From NCBI GenBank assembly GCA_964057225.1, contig OZ059900.1, forward strand, positions 9,486,001 through 9,550,000: DNA of 64,000 nt, given 5' to 3'. The notes beneath the pieces are model-generated. The model searched no databases and was not told the DNA's origin. It worked only from the letters and a program-made list of their open reading frames with translations. Positions 13,366 through 27,167 of the stretch are shown in pieces; within the stretch, counting starts at the first letter, position 1, and every line of letters starts with the position of its first letter. The DNA comes from Auanema rhodensis. Its lineage: Eukaryota; Animalia; Nematoda. The translations under genes and the position numbers were made by a program.

Positions 13366-16300
13366 TTTAGAAATAAAAGTATTATAAAGTATTATATTTA
13401 TACAATTCTGCCATATCGTGTAGAATCGTATGTGTACTTTGGTTGAGTAATTGACGTTTTGACTTATTGTTACAGATGACACGTTCACCAATTTGGATTG
13501 AGGCACGCTCTAACATTCATGAAACCGCTGAACGCAGCCGCATCGCCTGAATGTGACCCGTTAGTTCTTTGCCTTATTTTCAATTCTAGATGTGAAAGCA
13601 TGGAGCGTTGTGCATATGTGCTAGTCATATACATCTATGTGTATATGAGAAACAAAATGAGACGTAAGAGAAAACGAAAAATGTGAAGAGAGCATAGGAG
13701 CGCGAAGAGAAAGAATGAGAAAGAGAGGAAGAGAGTTAGTAAAAATTGGAAAGGAAGAGAGAGAGAAAGAAAGAATGAGAGAGGGAGATAGTTAGTGAAG
13801 ATTGGAGAAAAAGATAGAAATGGGAAGACAGTTAGAGAAATGGAAAATTAATGAAAGGCAGAGGAAGAAAATGAAGCTCATGAATGAAATGGAGTATTCA
13901 ACTAGAGTCTTGATGATCATAAGACACTGGAATATATTATCTTTATATTATGTGCAATAGTATATATGTTTCTTTTTTAAAGGCTTGAATTGAAGTACTC
14001 TTTTTTCTGTGCTAATTTGAACATGAAGAAGAGCAAATGAGGAAGATTGTGTGCTAAAGAATAACATGAGATTAGTTCTACGTATTTTTGCAAAATTTAA
14101 AGAAGAAAAGAAATAGTTTTCGAAAAAATTTGGAAATAAACAATACATTTGAATCAATAAGTATAATATTGAAATTATTTATGACAAGCATATTTTAAAA
14201 TAATTTTTTTCTTGAAAATGGAAATGAAAATAAAACGTAATAAAGAAATAGACATTCAGAGCTATGAATGGAAAACTGAAGGTAGCTGAATGAGAAAAAA
14301 AAGATCTGATTGTATTCTGGCTGTAAGAGGGGATAAGGGTTGGAGGAGCGGATTGCTATTGCGTAGAATGTAAATAAATATTTTAAGCGGTTAGAATAGC
14401 TTTCTTCAGAAGTTTTCACGCTAATTTTTTTTAAAGTTCAACAAATTTAAATATTGGTGAAAATGACCATGAGTTTTGAAGAAAATGACGCTCAGTTCTC
14501 TGTTTCATTGTATGAGTGCGGCAAATTTGTTTCAAAAAAAGATTGCAAGTGATTGAACGACCCTATATTTTTTCGATCTGGGTAGATAAGAAAAAATTCA
14601 GAAAGCAATTGAGGGAAGAAAAGAAAGAAAGATTTACATTTTTTATGTTATGAGAATAATAAGATTACGAGAGAAAGGAAGGCAATATGTCAATTCAGAA
14701 TTCGTTCAATGATCAGATGGCATGAACTTTACTTTTAGTCAACAATTTTCTTTACACCCACTTTGCTCGAGCTTAAGTTATTAAAAATTCAACGTAGAAC
14801 TTTAAAATTGTGAATTTGTGTCCTTCTACGTTTTCTTATATTCAACTTGCTCAGTAAATTTCTGGTTCAAGCTGAACACATATAGCTGAAAGATATGTAT
14901 AAATATAACTAGATGAGATCTTCAATATATGCATATATAGTAAAAAAATTAATTATATGTATATGCTAATAAACATGAATGATCAGTGTTGTTTGAGAAA
15001 TACTCGAAGAGCTTTAATTGAAGCCAATTAAATCTTTATCTATTCTTTTCTGACAATTAAGGGCTGGGAGAATGGAACACAAGTCTTTTTTCAGCTGAGC
15101 GAAAATATGAGAGAAAAGGTTGAATGATGTTATATATTTTTTAACGAATAATTGATTGAAAAATGAGAAATTAACTAAATTTAGATTTTTTCAGTAAAAA
15201 ATTCGAATAAGTAGCCGGTTCATAATGAATATAACTAACTATACTTACTTTTCTTTTCTAATATAAGCTCAAAACGTATAATATTCTAGATGATGACTTT
15301 ATTGAAGCTTTTCGAAATGTTTTTCTTATATAAGAATTCAGTATTTTGAAAGCGTTTGATGAATGCTTCCAAAAAAAAATAGAAAAGGCTGTGTGACTTG
15401 TATTTGAAATATCCAGGAAATGTGAGAGTGAGAAGCAGCAAACTGACGTATGGAAATAATGAAGAAGAAACAGGAAGTGATTAAAATAAATAAAATACTT
15501 TATATGTATTTGGAGGCAAATAAGAAAAAAACTTATTCGTTGAATCTTCAAATGGATTATAGAGAAATTAGACATTAGAGAAGAGAAGAGATTATAAATT
15601 TATTTAGAATAAACGTGAAATAGAATATTCTTGTAATAGCAGTGATACTATAAAAGGAGATTGAAGCATGCTATGAGTTGTGCATGTTTTAGCTATTAGT
15701 TTCATCTAATACGCAATAACTATTTTTATAGCCTGAATATATGAATTGGATATGAATGCAATTAGAGAAAAAATCAATAAATCAAACAAATGTATTAAGC
15801 TAAGCAATACAGGCATAGAATGAATAAGAGTTAAGTTAGATATTTCAATGTTTCTACTGAAAAAGTGTTTTTTGAACTGAAATTTCATTCTTTAATCAAC
15901 AGAATCCACTCTTTTTTTATTAATGCTCTTTATTCGTTGTTCGGTATAATGTTTGTATAGCATACATGTCGGTGGCATGCAAGCTGAAGCGTTCATGCTA
16001 GAATAGAAATTGGAAAATAAGGAAAGAGAAATAAAAGCGAAATGAAGAGGAAGGCATGATGACATAAAATAAATGCCAAAATGCCAGAATCGAAATCAGT
16101 AAATTACACGTCATATATGTTGACCAGAGATGATGTATCGAAAGATGAATCAGAGTTGTGAAGCGGTTGTAAGAGAAGACGTAATGAAAAAGATGTAAGT
16201 TGTATAACTATACAAATTATTTTCATATCATATGCTTCAAACTAATCTCCTTTTTCAATTTCCGGAATATATAGATATAATAGTTTCTACTATGACATAT

Positions 16301-19300
16301 GAGCAATAGCTTTATCCCATTTGTAAATATATAATGAAATGTCAAGCCATTCAAAAAATGAAGCAGGGCGGAAACGTAAAAAAGTGCAAAACTCAGTCAA
16401 GGTTAGTAATATATGAATGCATCTTCGTATGAAACCTGCACTATATAGTATATATATATATTCTACTTGTTGTGAGAGCTATAAATTTGCTCATGTCGTC
16501 TTAGATGACGTAGGCTAGAATATGTGTATAATTAATCTGCTAATTGGAATTCTAAGGATTTCGGCATAAGCCCACTTTTCAATGCGGCTTTAGTTGAATA
16601 ACACTAAATCCAATATAGCTCAGAAACGTTCTAAGCTCAGCAGCTTCTATATTTGCTGAGAATTTAGCGTGACTACTAATGAATTCAATGTTTCAAAGTA
16701 TACAATCTCGTATTCAACAAGTTAAGTATAACGAAAAAAAATTCAGTATAGCAAGTAGAGCTCAAATGAAATATACTAAATAGTTAGTCATATGCTCATC
16801 GGAACTAAAAATATATGTTGAATAGCATCATTCATCAAGGAAATAAGCAATAAGCAACATTAGTCACTGCATTTGCTCTCACTATTGATCTGACAGAGCA
16901 TCTCCATCATTATTAAAATATTGTTAGCGAACAACATGGCAATATTAATTGACAAACATGTGATTTATGATGACATAAATGAGATTACTATCGATTTTTA
17001 TATCTACGAGAACATGATATTAATCGATTTATAAAAACCTTTTTTGGATATAATTTCATATTATTATGTGTTTGAATTTGTTTTTCTTTTTTATATATTT
17101 TCATCATTATAAAATAATAATATTGTTTGTCATTTATGAAAAAAAAACAAGATGCAGGTGCTTCAAAATCAATATTTAATATATTTTGTGTTTTTCAAAT
17201 AAAATTTTATAATGATGAATATTCTATTTTGATTATTTACTCATCAAAAAATATTAAAAAACGTTGAATTATTTCATTTTTACTCAAATATAAATTTATA
17301 TTTCTTTTTGGAATGATAGTTCTAGAATGTTTTACTTATAGAAGTTGTCTGATCATCTATTCTATAACGTAAAAGAACAAAAAACTGAGTATAAATTCAA
17401 GAGACGCAGACAGATAGGCTTAGCATCTGTAAAAGGAAAGAAAAGCAGATGTCTGCTTGGTATAAGACACATGGCCTAAGCCATTGAATAAAATAGAGAG
17501 GACTAATCCAGAAAAAAGGTTATTAGACAATACAATAGAATTGAGTTTTGAGGAAAGAGAGAAGATTACAGGGCGTTGAGAGAATAAGAGAAAATAAAAA
17601 TCTAGGATAGATAATAGGTCATTAGAAACGTCAAGAGAATCCTCTCAACAAAAAAAAAGGAGGACATATGTGAAAATGGATTACTGAGATTAGTTCATGG
17701 GATAATTCATGAAAATAAAGATCATTATAGACATAGATGAGATTTTACAGCATATAGATAGTTCAAATATCATAGAGCGAAGAGAAACTAAATGTACAAA
17801 TAGGAATAGTAATGAATTGAATGAAGAAGTTAAATGAAATTTTAGTGAATTTTCATTTTCAATCTAATTTACATAAAAGAATATGATGTTTAAATGGATT
17901 TAGGTTATTATAAGCTACTGATCGCCTACATTACAACCTACATCAATTAGCTTGTCCTATGAAAAGCCTTTTTTTGCAAATACACTATTGCTATATAAAG
18001 ACAATGAAAAGATGGTAAAATTCATTCTTTTCATGTTCGTTTTTTAGATTTTCCTCATCTGCTCTTGTCTTTTGAGTTCGTTTTCTTTTGTCTTTTCAAC
18101 TGAAAAAACAAAAATGAAGATTGAGAAGATTGTATGAATACGAATAGTTCCTTTTTTAACTTATATTGTATAACTTCTTTCATTCTCCTTTCTCTTTCAT
18201 GTTATTCATCTTTGTCTACATTTCTAGACAAATATGACAAAGAATTCTCAACAACTTTAATCAAATGAATCATTGACCAAATCATAGCGAATCATAGTTC
18301 AAAAAAAAAAAATTAATCGCAGTTCATGTTTTTTAAAACAGTTTTTCTTAATCATGTTTCGAGAATATAAACAATTTGTTTATTCATGTATAAATTGATA
18401 ATATTAATTTAATTCGCATTATTCATAATGTTTTATCTTTGAATTATTTTAAAATCAATACTAATCATAAATCAAATATAATCATATTCAACTGTTTTCA
18501 ATATTCCATTATTCAATTTTTGTTAATTTCATATATTATTATTTGTTTTAATCTTCATGTTTTGAATGAATACAGACAACATTTCAATTCTCTTGATATC
18601 GTCAAGTTTCAAACTAACAAGAAACTTTGGTTGTATTATCTTTTTCTAAAATAGTATTATAGAATATAACAACAATCTATATAATGTATAGCAGTAATTA
18701 TTAGTATTATACACCTTGTTTTGTAGCTTTTGTTCTATATACATACAATTATTCACCAAACTACACATATTTATGTATAGGCGCGATATATTCTCGTAGT
18801 TAATGACTTCAAAAAATTCATTTGTTTACTATTTATGTCATTTCTTTTTCTCATTGCCCAAGTAATTTCCTCTTTTTTTCTTGTCACTTCTATTTAACTT
18901 ACTTTTTTTTGCAAATCTACATTACTTGTTTTATTTTAGATATAATAGAATATTTTGAAATAGTTTATTTTTCACTTTAATTATATTATTTTCGAAACAT
19001 TTTTGAAAACTGTAACCTCTAGGTTGTCAATATATTTGAGGTACAGACTTTGGGTATGGTTGCAAACTTCTCCAAACAATTCATTAGCTCTCTTCAGATA
19101 CACGGTCAATGGCTCATTGAATCTCATCAGATTCTGTTGAATTCTTAGAATTATTTGAACAATTTTCTGAATATATTTCAATGAATTACTTGTGATGAAA
19201 CAGGTTTCTTACTGACAAAATTTCGTAGAATCTGAATTTGTCACTAACACTCAGATGTGTGAGAAAGTTAGTTTATTCACTTGTAATATTGAAATATTCG

Positions 19301-22129
19301 TACAAAATGGAATCAAATCAGTCGGTGTATTCTTGCAAATTTGTTGTATTTGTTTAGCAATTCTGTACAGTTCCTAATATAAAATGATGTAAATATGTTG
19401 AATAAGTTTAAACAATCTTGGTTGTTAATCTCATGTTTACAACATGTTGCAATGCTGCTCATCCATCGTTATTCCATACGCGTATGAATGTTATCAGATT
19501 TTATAAAACACTTTTGGCCATACGCTTCCACTTTTTGAATGAAATCAAAAGATATATATATGAATCATTGCATAGCACTTATACAACAGCCTTCTCTATC
19601 TTTCCCTTTTCGTAATGCTTTGACATTTAATGCTTGCGGCTTCCATTTTCTTTTTTTTTCATCATTTCATCTTTGCAAATATATTTTTCATTCTAATGTT
19701 TAAAGCTGTACGATTTTACATTTTTCTTATTCTGATCAATCAACTAATTCATATTTTTGTCCATCATCTTCAGCCCTTTTCAATCTGTTTTGCGTCTTTC
19801 ATCGTCTTCCATCTCTATCTATCTCGTCAATGTATAGCATGAGCAATATGTGCTAAGGTTCTTCAGATGACCCGACCAGTTCAGGCGAATACTTGACCCC
19901 CCTCAACCTTCTCTTGCTGCTATCGCACAATCTGTGCTTGTGCGTATATGTTAGCTGCTTTGCTTATTTTTTTTTAAACTTGTAGACTTTTAATGCAAAT
20001 TTTTTTTCAAAACTTTTGTGATTGTGATGCAAGTGCACGAGTTAAAATAAACTTGTCACATCTGTTTTTTTTTCCATTTATGCTCAATACATCTCTTTTT
20101 GACGTTTTTACATATCATGCTGTCATGTACACGTTATTCTGTTTACAAGCATTCAGTCCCACTATTTAGAACTTCTTTGTGTTCCGTCTCGCGAAATGTT
20201 TGCTTATCTCGTGTGCCGTGCTCATTTGACCTAGAATGCCTGCTTGTCTAAGCATTCCGATAAACGACGCATGCAAACAAACGCAGCATGATTGAGTATT
20301 GAATGCAGGTAACGCCATGAAGAGGCATATAACTACAGGATCAAAAGAAAACTTGAGTGAGAATACCACAAATATAACATTTAAATGCTAGGCGAAAAGA
20401 AATATAATTTTATTTTTGCAAAATGCTCAGAATTTAGCAGATTTTAGTAAATCTTAGACGAAACATATAAAGAGAGATGAAATGAAAAGATTAGAGGAGC
20501 ATGTAACTGAAAAGAGCGAAAAGAGAGAATACACGAATGAGACAGTGAGTAATGGAACTAAGAAGCTTGGTCAGAATAAGTGAGGATCAAAACCGCATGA
20601 TGAACACTTATTCAGTCGAATGAACATGTTTAGGCCAAAAATATTCTATTTGGTTTTTCTTGGAATTTTAAAGACTATTATAAAAACATTTTTAAAAATA
20701 GTGTTCTTGATTACAAATACTATTACTCACGACCATGCATTTCCGGCCGATTTACTATCAATATTCAATATTTATTCACTAAAACTATTATAATTATATA
20801 GAATATTAGCAAGTGAGTCAGATAATGAATCATTACTTACTCATAAAAGGAGCATAAAACCTGTTTTCTCTACCGGACCTTCTTAGATTCAGTTCCGACA
20901 ACGTATTAAGTATTTATAAGTAATTCAAAACATCCCGCCACGTATTCATCTATGTAATTATGGTCAAAGAGTATTCTGAAATGTGTGTTTATTTCGTTAC
21001 TTACCAGATATGTGTTCGTTTGAAATTATTTTCTTTTTCATCTTATTCTTTCATATTTCTTTTTTTTTTCTCATTTTCATACTTTTCAATTCTCTAGACA
21101 ATTTATTTCTTAACTTTTTTTCTAGCCTCGTCTTTTTACCCGTTCTCTCTATCTTTTTCTCTTTATCTATCTGTCCTCTGCCAACTTTTTTTCCTATTTC
21201 CTCTCGCCCGCACTTGCAATCTGTCCACATTGCTTGTCATCTGACTAACAAAACTCATATACTAGTGCATGTTCGTTTTCCTTTTTTTTGTAACAGGGTA
21301 ACATTCAGCGAATTTTTTTCTTCAAACCACCTCCTCTTTCTGTTTCCCTTTCTCTCCATGTTTCTCTACACATCTCTCTTTTTTCCATTTTCAAATAACA
21401 TACTCTTCTTGCTATGTACATATAGAAATACCACGCCCATTCTTGTCCGAAGCCCCTGACGGACGTCGAACGAGAGAGAGTTCCTATTCAACTTTTTTCT
21501 CTGTTTCTCTAATCTCTAGAACACTCTTCAGTATGTATTATGTATATCCATCGGTCGTCTCGTTATTCTCTCCCGCAGTGCACTACTTCCTATTGTGCCA
21601 TACTCTTCTGCAGCTATAGTCCAGCGTAACCTGACAGTTTCTTTCGCATGCTCTTCTTCAACATAGCTCCTATTGCTACAGCAGATCGCTCTCACGTTCT
21701 CGTACTCTCATAGTTTTTTTCATCTTTTTCTCTTTTTTATTGCTCATTATTTTATTGTTTTACTAATCTCTAGCCAATCTCGATCCACATGTACTACCTA
21801 TAGCTGTATAGGTAGCCACTATACTCATATAGGTAATCTCATCTCTATCTAATCGCATCTCATCCACTCTCCTAATCTTACATACTATTTCTTAATACAT
21901 TCATCGACCTTATCTAACTAGTAATTACCAATATCTCCAACTGTACTTGTTTGTTGCAGCGTGGGTATAGATCAAACCACCAATAACTACTACTACTACA
22001 ACAACTACAGCTAGTACAACACATATATACTTCACCAACCAATTTCACGGCTCTACCTATTATTATTCAACTAAATTTCAAAATCTCTCACACTATCTTC
22101 AAGAGCTTTAGCGCCAATATTTCATTGCT

Positions 22130-24305
22130 ATGAGCTATAATCATTTATTTAAAGTGAGTTTCATTCATTTTTATGAAAAAAAATTTCTGCTGAAAAATGG
22201 CATTTGCTCCAACTATGTTCCATGCCGCATTGACGCCTTATTGTCTCCAAGCGTTCTCACGGTTTATAAATTGGAATTTTTAAGTAGTAATCAATAATAA
22301 CATTATTTCATTTTTTGATATTTACTGAACAAATAGATCGACGACGGCGGATTTTCTTACATCGAAAAGATATTGAATAAACTATAGTTTGAATAATATA
22401 TTCTTCTTGTAAATTCATAATTCGATATGTTTCGAAAAAACTTTTTTTTCTTTTCATCCTGTGGTCAGTTTTATTCTGAAAACCTATGATTGTATGATAA
22501 ATCATGCACGTTATTATCAAGGTCAACAATAGTAGATCATACATTGTTTAATACTTAATTGGTAAAAACCGATCAACATTGTATGATATGATAAGATTTT
22601 TCATCAAAAATGAAATGTAATATACTAAACGATCACGAAAATAGAAAGAATATTGATTTCCAAAGTTTCTTGAATAAAAACATTTTTTATTCTTTTAGAA
22701 ACATAAATAATATAGTTTAATATGTAGTTCTCAAAGTATTAAATTATCAAACACTGTTTAGTTCTTGAAAGTTTATATGATTAATGATTGAAATACAACT
22801 GTTTGGCTGAGTTTCAACTGAGTTATTTGCCAAAAAAAGTTGGCAGAATACCAAATAGGATTACACTTCCGTTTTTCACTACTATTCATCAATAAACCGA
22901 TGAAATAGCTTTCGTGAAAAAGAATATAATTTTACCTCGAGCATATTTTCTTGATAGAAGTGAAAAAAAGTTTTTTTAGACAATCTTCGTTTGTAGTGAA
23001 TATTCAAAAAAAGCATTTCTTTGTCGTATTCATTTCTATAATACTAATTCTGTCCAAATAAATCTTAGCAAGAAAGCGAATTAGTTAATACATGAATGAA
23101 TTTGATTGTGAGGTCTGACAGAATTATGGCAATAGGTTAAGGTACGCCAACCTATACACTATATTATGCTGACCTAGATTATCTTCTAAACTCTACCTAA
23201 TAGCGCAAAATCTATTGTTTGGCGGGTATTTTCACACAAGCAAAATCATGTTTATAATGTTCACAATTTCTGCTTAATTAACCTTAACAGCCTATTTCAT
23301 ATAATTTTTTCTTACAGATTGTCGTAGTTGGTGACCACAACTGTGGAAAATCATGCATTCTTTTGCGATTCGCTGAGAACACATTTAGATGCAATCATAT
23401 TAGCACGTTAGGAGTGGATTTCAAGTTAAAAACTATTAAATTGGGCAGAGATAAGGTATATAACAGCTTTAGTGTCAATATTTTCACATAATAATCATAT
23501 ATTTTTCATAAGAAAATCAATTAACTAGAACGTTTTGAAAATATTATATAAGAAAAATTTCATTTTTCAAATAAAATGCGAAGAAAAAAAAATTATTTGA
23601 TTTATTCATTATTCATTCCAGATTCGTCTCGAGCTATGGGATACAGCAGGCATGGAACGTTATAGAACTATCTACAATTCATATTATCATTCTGCTCATG
23701 GTGTCATGTGTGTGTATGACATGACAAATGAAAAATCATTTGAAAATTTGGAAAATTATTGGCTCAAAGAGATACGTCAGAATGCGCCCTCGAACGCTGT
23801 TTTAATGATTGTAGGCAATAAGGCTGATTTGGAAGGAGAACGCAAGGTAATTAAAATTTTATATTCTATAAAACTAGAAAAAAAATGCTACGAAAAAAAT
23901 ATGATTGAAAGAATGAAATGGAAAAAAATAAAATTCAGGTTGACTTTGATCGGGCGGAACGACTAGCTACCAAATTAGGAGTATCATTATACGAAGTTTC
24001 AGCTAAGACAGGTATTAGCTTTTATCTTTGTTTTATATATTTATTCTACTTTAAGGAATTAATTGTGAAGAAGCTTTTCACACGTTGGCTTCGGCAATGC
24101 GAGATCGTGTGAGTGCAGCCAATTTGAATTCTGATGATTCCGATGATCAACAGGTAAACATTGTTCTTTCATTAAATGATTGTAACTCATTTTTTAGGAA
24201 TTTTCCGCTGCTTTCCACGTTGATGGTGTTATCCTGTCGGAAAAGAAAGCAACATCTCTATCGTCGTGTTGTTCACAAGCCCAACAGCCTCCTACTTTTG
24301 TATAA
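22130..24305 (+). CDS. Rab-family small GTPase (divergent, Rab1/8/35-like)
   Basis: Exons: MSYNHLFK | IVVVGDHNCGKSCILLRF...STLGVDFKLKT | IRLELWDTAGMERYRTIYNSYY...VGNKAD | YEVSAKT | GINCEEAF... | ...SSCCSQAQQPPTFV*. G1-G5 and RabF motifs are recognisable. Confidence 0.9.
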
Positions 24306-27167
24306 AAGTTAGAATCAATATATGATTTTGCTTTCAATTTTCGTCATTCAATTAATTTTTAATAATGTTTTGCTTAGCTTGATTAAGACAAATTTGACAT
24401 AATTTTGTTCGCATCTCGTCGCATATCGGTTCAACACATCTCTCTTATTCTCAAGCTTCCTGCCTTAATGCTGTTCGCTTTGACCAGCAAACCCAGAAAA
24501 AAAGTTCACCTTGCTATTGGCCATACGTTTCTTTGTTTTTGCTTTATGAGCTAATTCTCGTTATCGCTAGATTAGCTACTGTTTTTATTACGGTATTATG
24601 CTCTAAAATTTGACAAATTGATCTATATTATATAAATTATAATAAATTGGGTTTACTAATTTGTATATGTTTTTAATAATAAATATTTTATAATTTTAAA
24701 ATGTTCAAATTTTGTTAAGTTCAACCATTTTGATTTGACGTTACTTCACTTTATTTTTTCTAATTTTTCGTGTAAATTGCAATTATTCATCATCTTTATT
24801 GCAGTCCTTATAGAAACATTTTGGCGGGAAAATAGTTTGATGTTCCCTCTAAATTCTAAATATGTTTGCAGTCATTTTGATTACAATGAATTTCTTTTCT
24901 CTTTTCTAGTTAACTATTCTTATTTACTTTAAACTATACACTTTATTATATTATAGTTAATATCTTCTGTGAAGAAAAAACATTTAAAATGTCGTAAATT
25001 CTTGTTGTGATTGAGAAAATGTGTATAGTTTATGAGCAGTAATGAGATGCTAAATCACTTTTCCAATCATAAAAAAAAATTTTGAACATCAAATCATCGA
25101 AAAAGCATTTAATATACGGTTATGCAACTATGAAAAAAAGCTATAAGATTCAAGATGTTCTTGAGAAACTTATATCTAATGATTTTTGATGAAAAGTAGG
25201 ATATTTATAAATAACAGGTGTATTTAATTTTCTAAATTCATTGTAATATTCCCGATATAACGTTCGCCCAATATGGTTTGTTAAGCACATTCAACTAGGA
25301 AATGCAGCCTTTAGAATCTGATTCATTTTGATGAAATACAATAATTCTGCTCTAACTCTAGAAAAAACGCAAAAAAAAAAAGATGTAATACCATAGTATA
25401 GTGCTCAGCATGACGTACATTGAATATTTATTATTCAACTTTGTTCAAATATATTTTTTATATATATTTCTTTCTATACGGATTTAAAAAGAAGAAGAAT
25501 TTAGAATTATATGAATATTTCAAATATTTGTTGTCACATGTGTATTAAGAATTTTAAAAGAATGTGCTGACCGGAAATGTAAGCTCAGCAAAGAATGAAA
25601 GTATTGGATTGATAGAGACATTGATTGCGATAATACTATTACTTATTTCATATTCAGCATTTGATATGATTAAAATGGCGTTAGAAAAGAAAGAAATGAA
25701 AGTTATAAGTGAAAAAAAGATGACAAGAGAAAATGATAAGAAATCGTTGATGTCCTTTTTTATTATTTACAAAACTTTGTCATCACGAATGTTGTCATAG
25801 TATGAGAAAATACAAACGAATAATATCGTTTTAACTTGTTGACAATGTTTTTTAAAAATATTTACGTAAAAGAATGTGATACAATAGCAACGAGATAAGT
25901 AAAAGAAGGACAAAATATTAGAAAAAAAAAAGAAATATGCAGCTTGATATAGTTAATTTCAATTATTTTATGTTACGTATAATTAAATTTTTATATTTTA
26001 TCCACATAAGCAAAGAAACAAATTAGCACTTAGAATCGTACTTGCAGATTGTTATTAAAAACATTTTTATTCTCATAAGTATTTTTTTCTAGTTTATTTA
26101 TTATTTGCGCATAATTTATTATAACTTTAATTATTTAAATTATAATAATTAGCGTTTTCAATATATTATATCATGGTATAACCAAAGTTACAAAAGTGTC
26201 AGTGGTATTAAATCCCTTTCCTTCTTACTACATCAAACTATTTTTGTGTTTATTTTAGTGAATCTTTATTTAGTTTCTCATGAAATGTATTTTATATGAT
26301 GGCCTATTTCAATTTTTATTCTTTTTTTTCTATTTCTTATTTCCATTTTTTTCATTTCATTTTCTAATATATTTATATTTCTAATACAATAAATAGCTGT
26401 ATATTCAGTCATGTATTTGTGTTTAGTGGACAATGGTACTTCTTATCTCATCACGTCAATATGTCTTTTCATTTTATTTTTTCTGCAATGTTAATTCTTT
26501 TCAAAGATTCTCTTCGTATTCTTGTCTGTTTCACTTAGTCTTGTTCTCATTTTTCTTGTATTTCTTCTTGTGTTTTCTTCTTATTTCTTCAATTTCTTGT
26601 TCTCGTTTTGTAATTCTTTTCATCCAATTCTTTTTCATTCACATGTTCTTTCTCTTTTTTCATTTTCTCTAACTGTCTTGCTATCTCTCAATTATGCTAA
26701 CTATCTCAATAAAGTATCATTCATTTCATCTTTCTCTCTATATAGTTGTCTTCATTGTCTCTTGTCTCATTACTTTACCTCATCTATCACATCATTCTCA
26801 CTCATCAGCACCATCTTATTTTAGTACTATAGAGTGTGTATGTGAATACGCATGTGTATGTGTGAGCGTATGGGTGTGCATGTGTGTAAAATATGTTGTA
26901 CAGGAATTACGCTGCGCCTGTATGTATGTATGCAATGTGGTATTTGTAGGTGGAGAAAAGGGGAAGGACCGACATAGAATGAATACGAATGAGAGAAGCA
27001 TAAAGAGAGAAAGAAATGAAGAGTCAGAGCAAATGCGAGAGAGAGATAGAGAGATAAAGAGTAAAAGTGAGAGAGAGAGATAGCAGCAGAACGATATGGG
27101 GAAGGAAATAGAAGAAAGAAGAATAGAAAGAGCGCGCACAAACCAGTCTTTCAAGTGGCTGTCCAAT

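Noticed and set aside
17410-17482. TTAGGC-like telomeric words
   Set aside because: Isolated partial matches with no array; not evidence of a telomere-addition site.
18981-19620. Exon-like minus-strand segments
   Set aside because: Splice-like signals exist, but I could not join them into a consistent open frame; possibly a pseudogene or a missed gene.
20983-21459. 158-aa Phe/Leu/Ser-rich ORF
   Set aside because: T/C-rich low complexity, non-ATG start, no domain; probably Rab promoter or outron sequence.
26433-27166. Cluster of overlapping 79-129 aa ORFs
   Set aside because: They arise from pyrimidine-rich, (GT)n-like and (GA)n-like low-complexity DNA upstream of the calmodulin-like gene.
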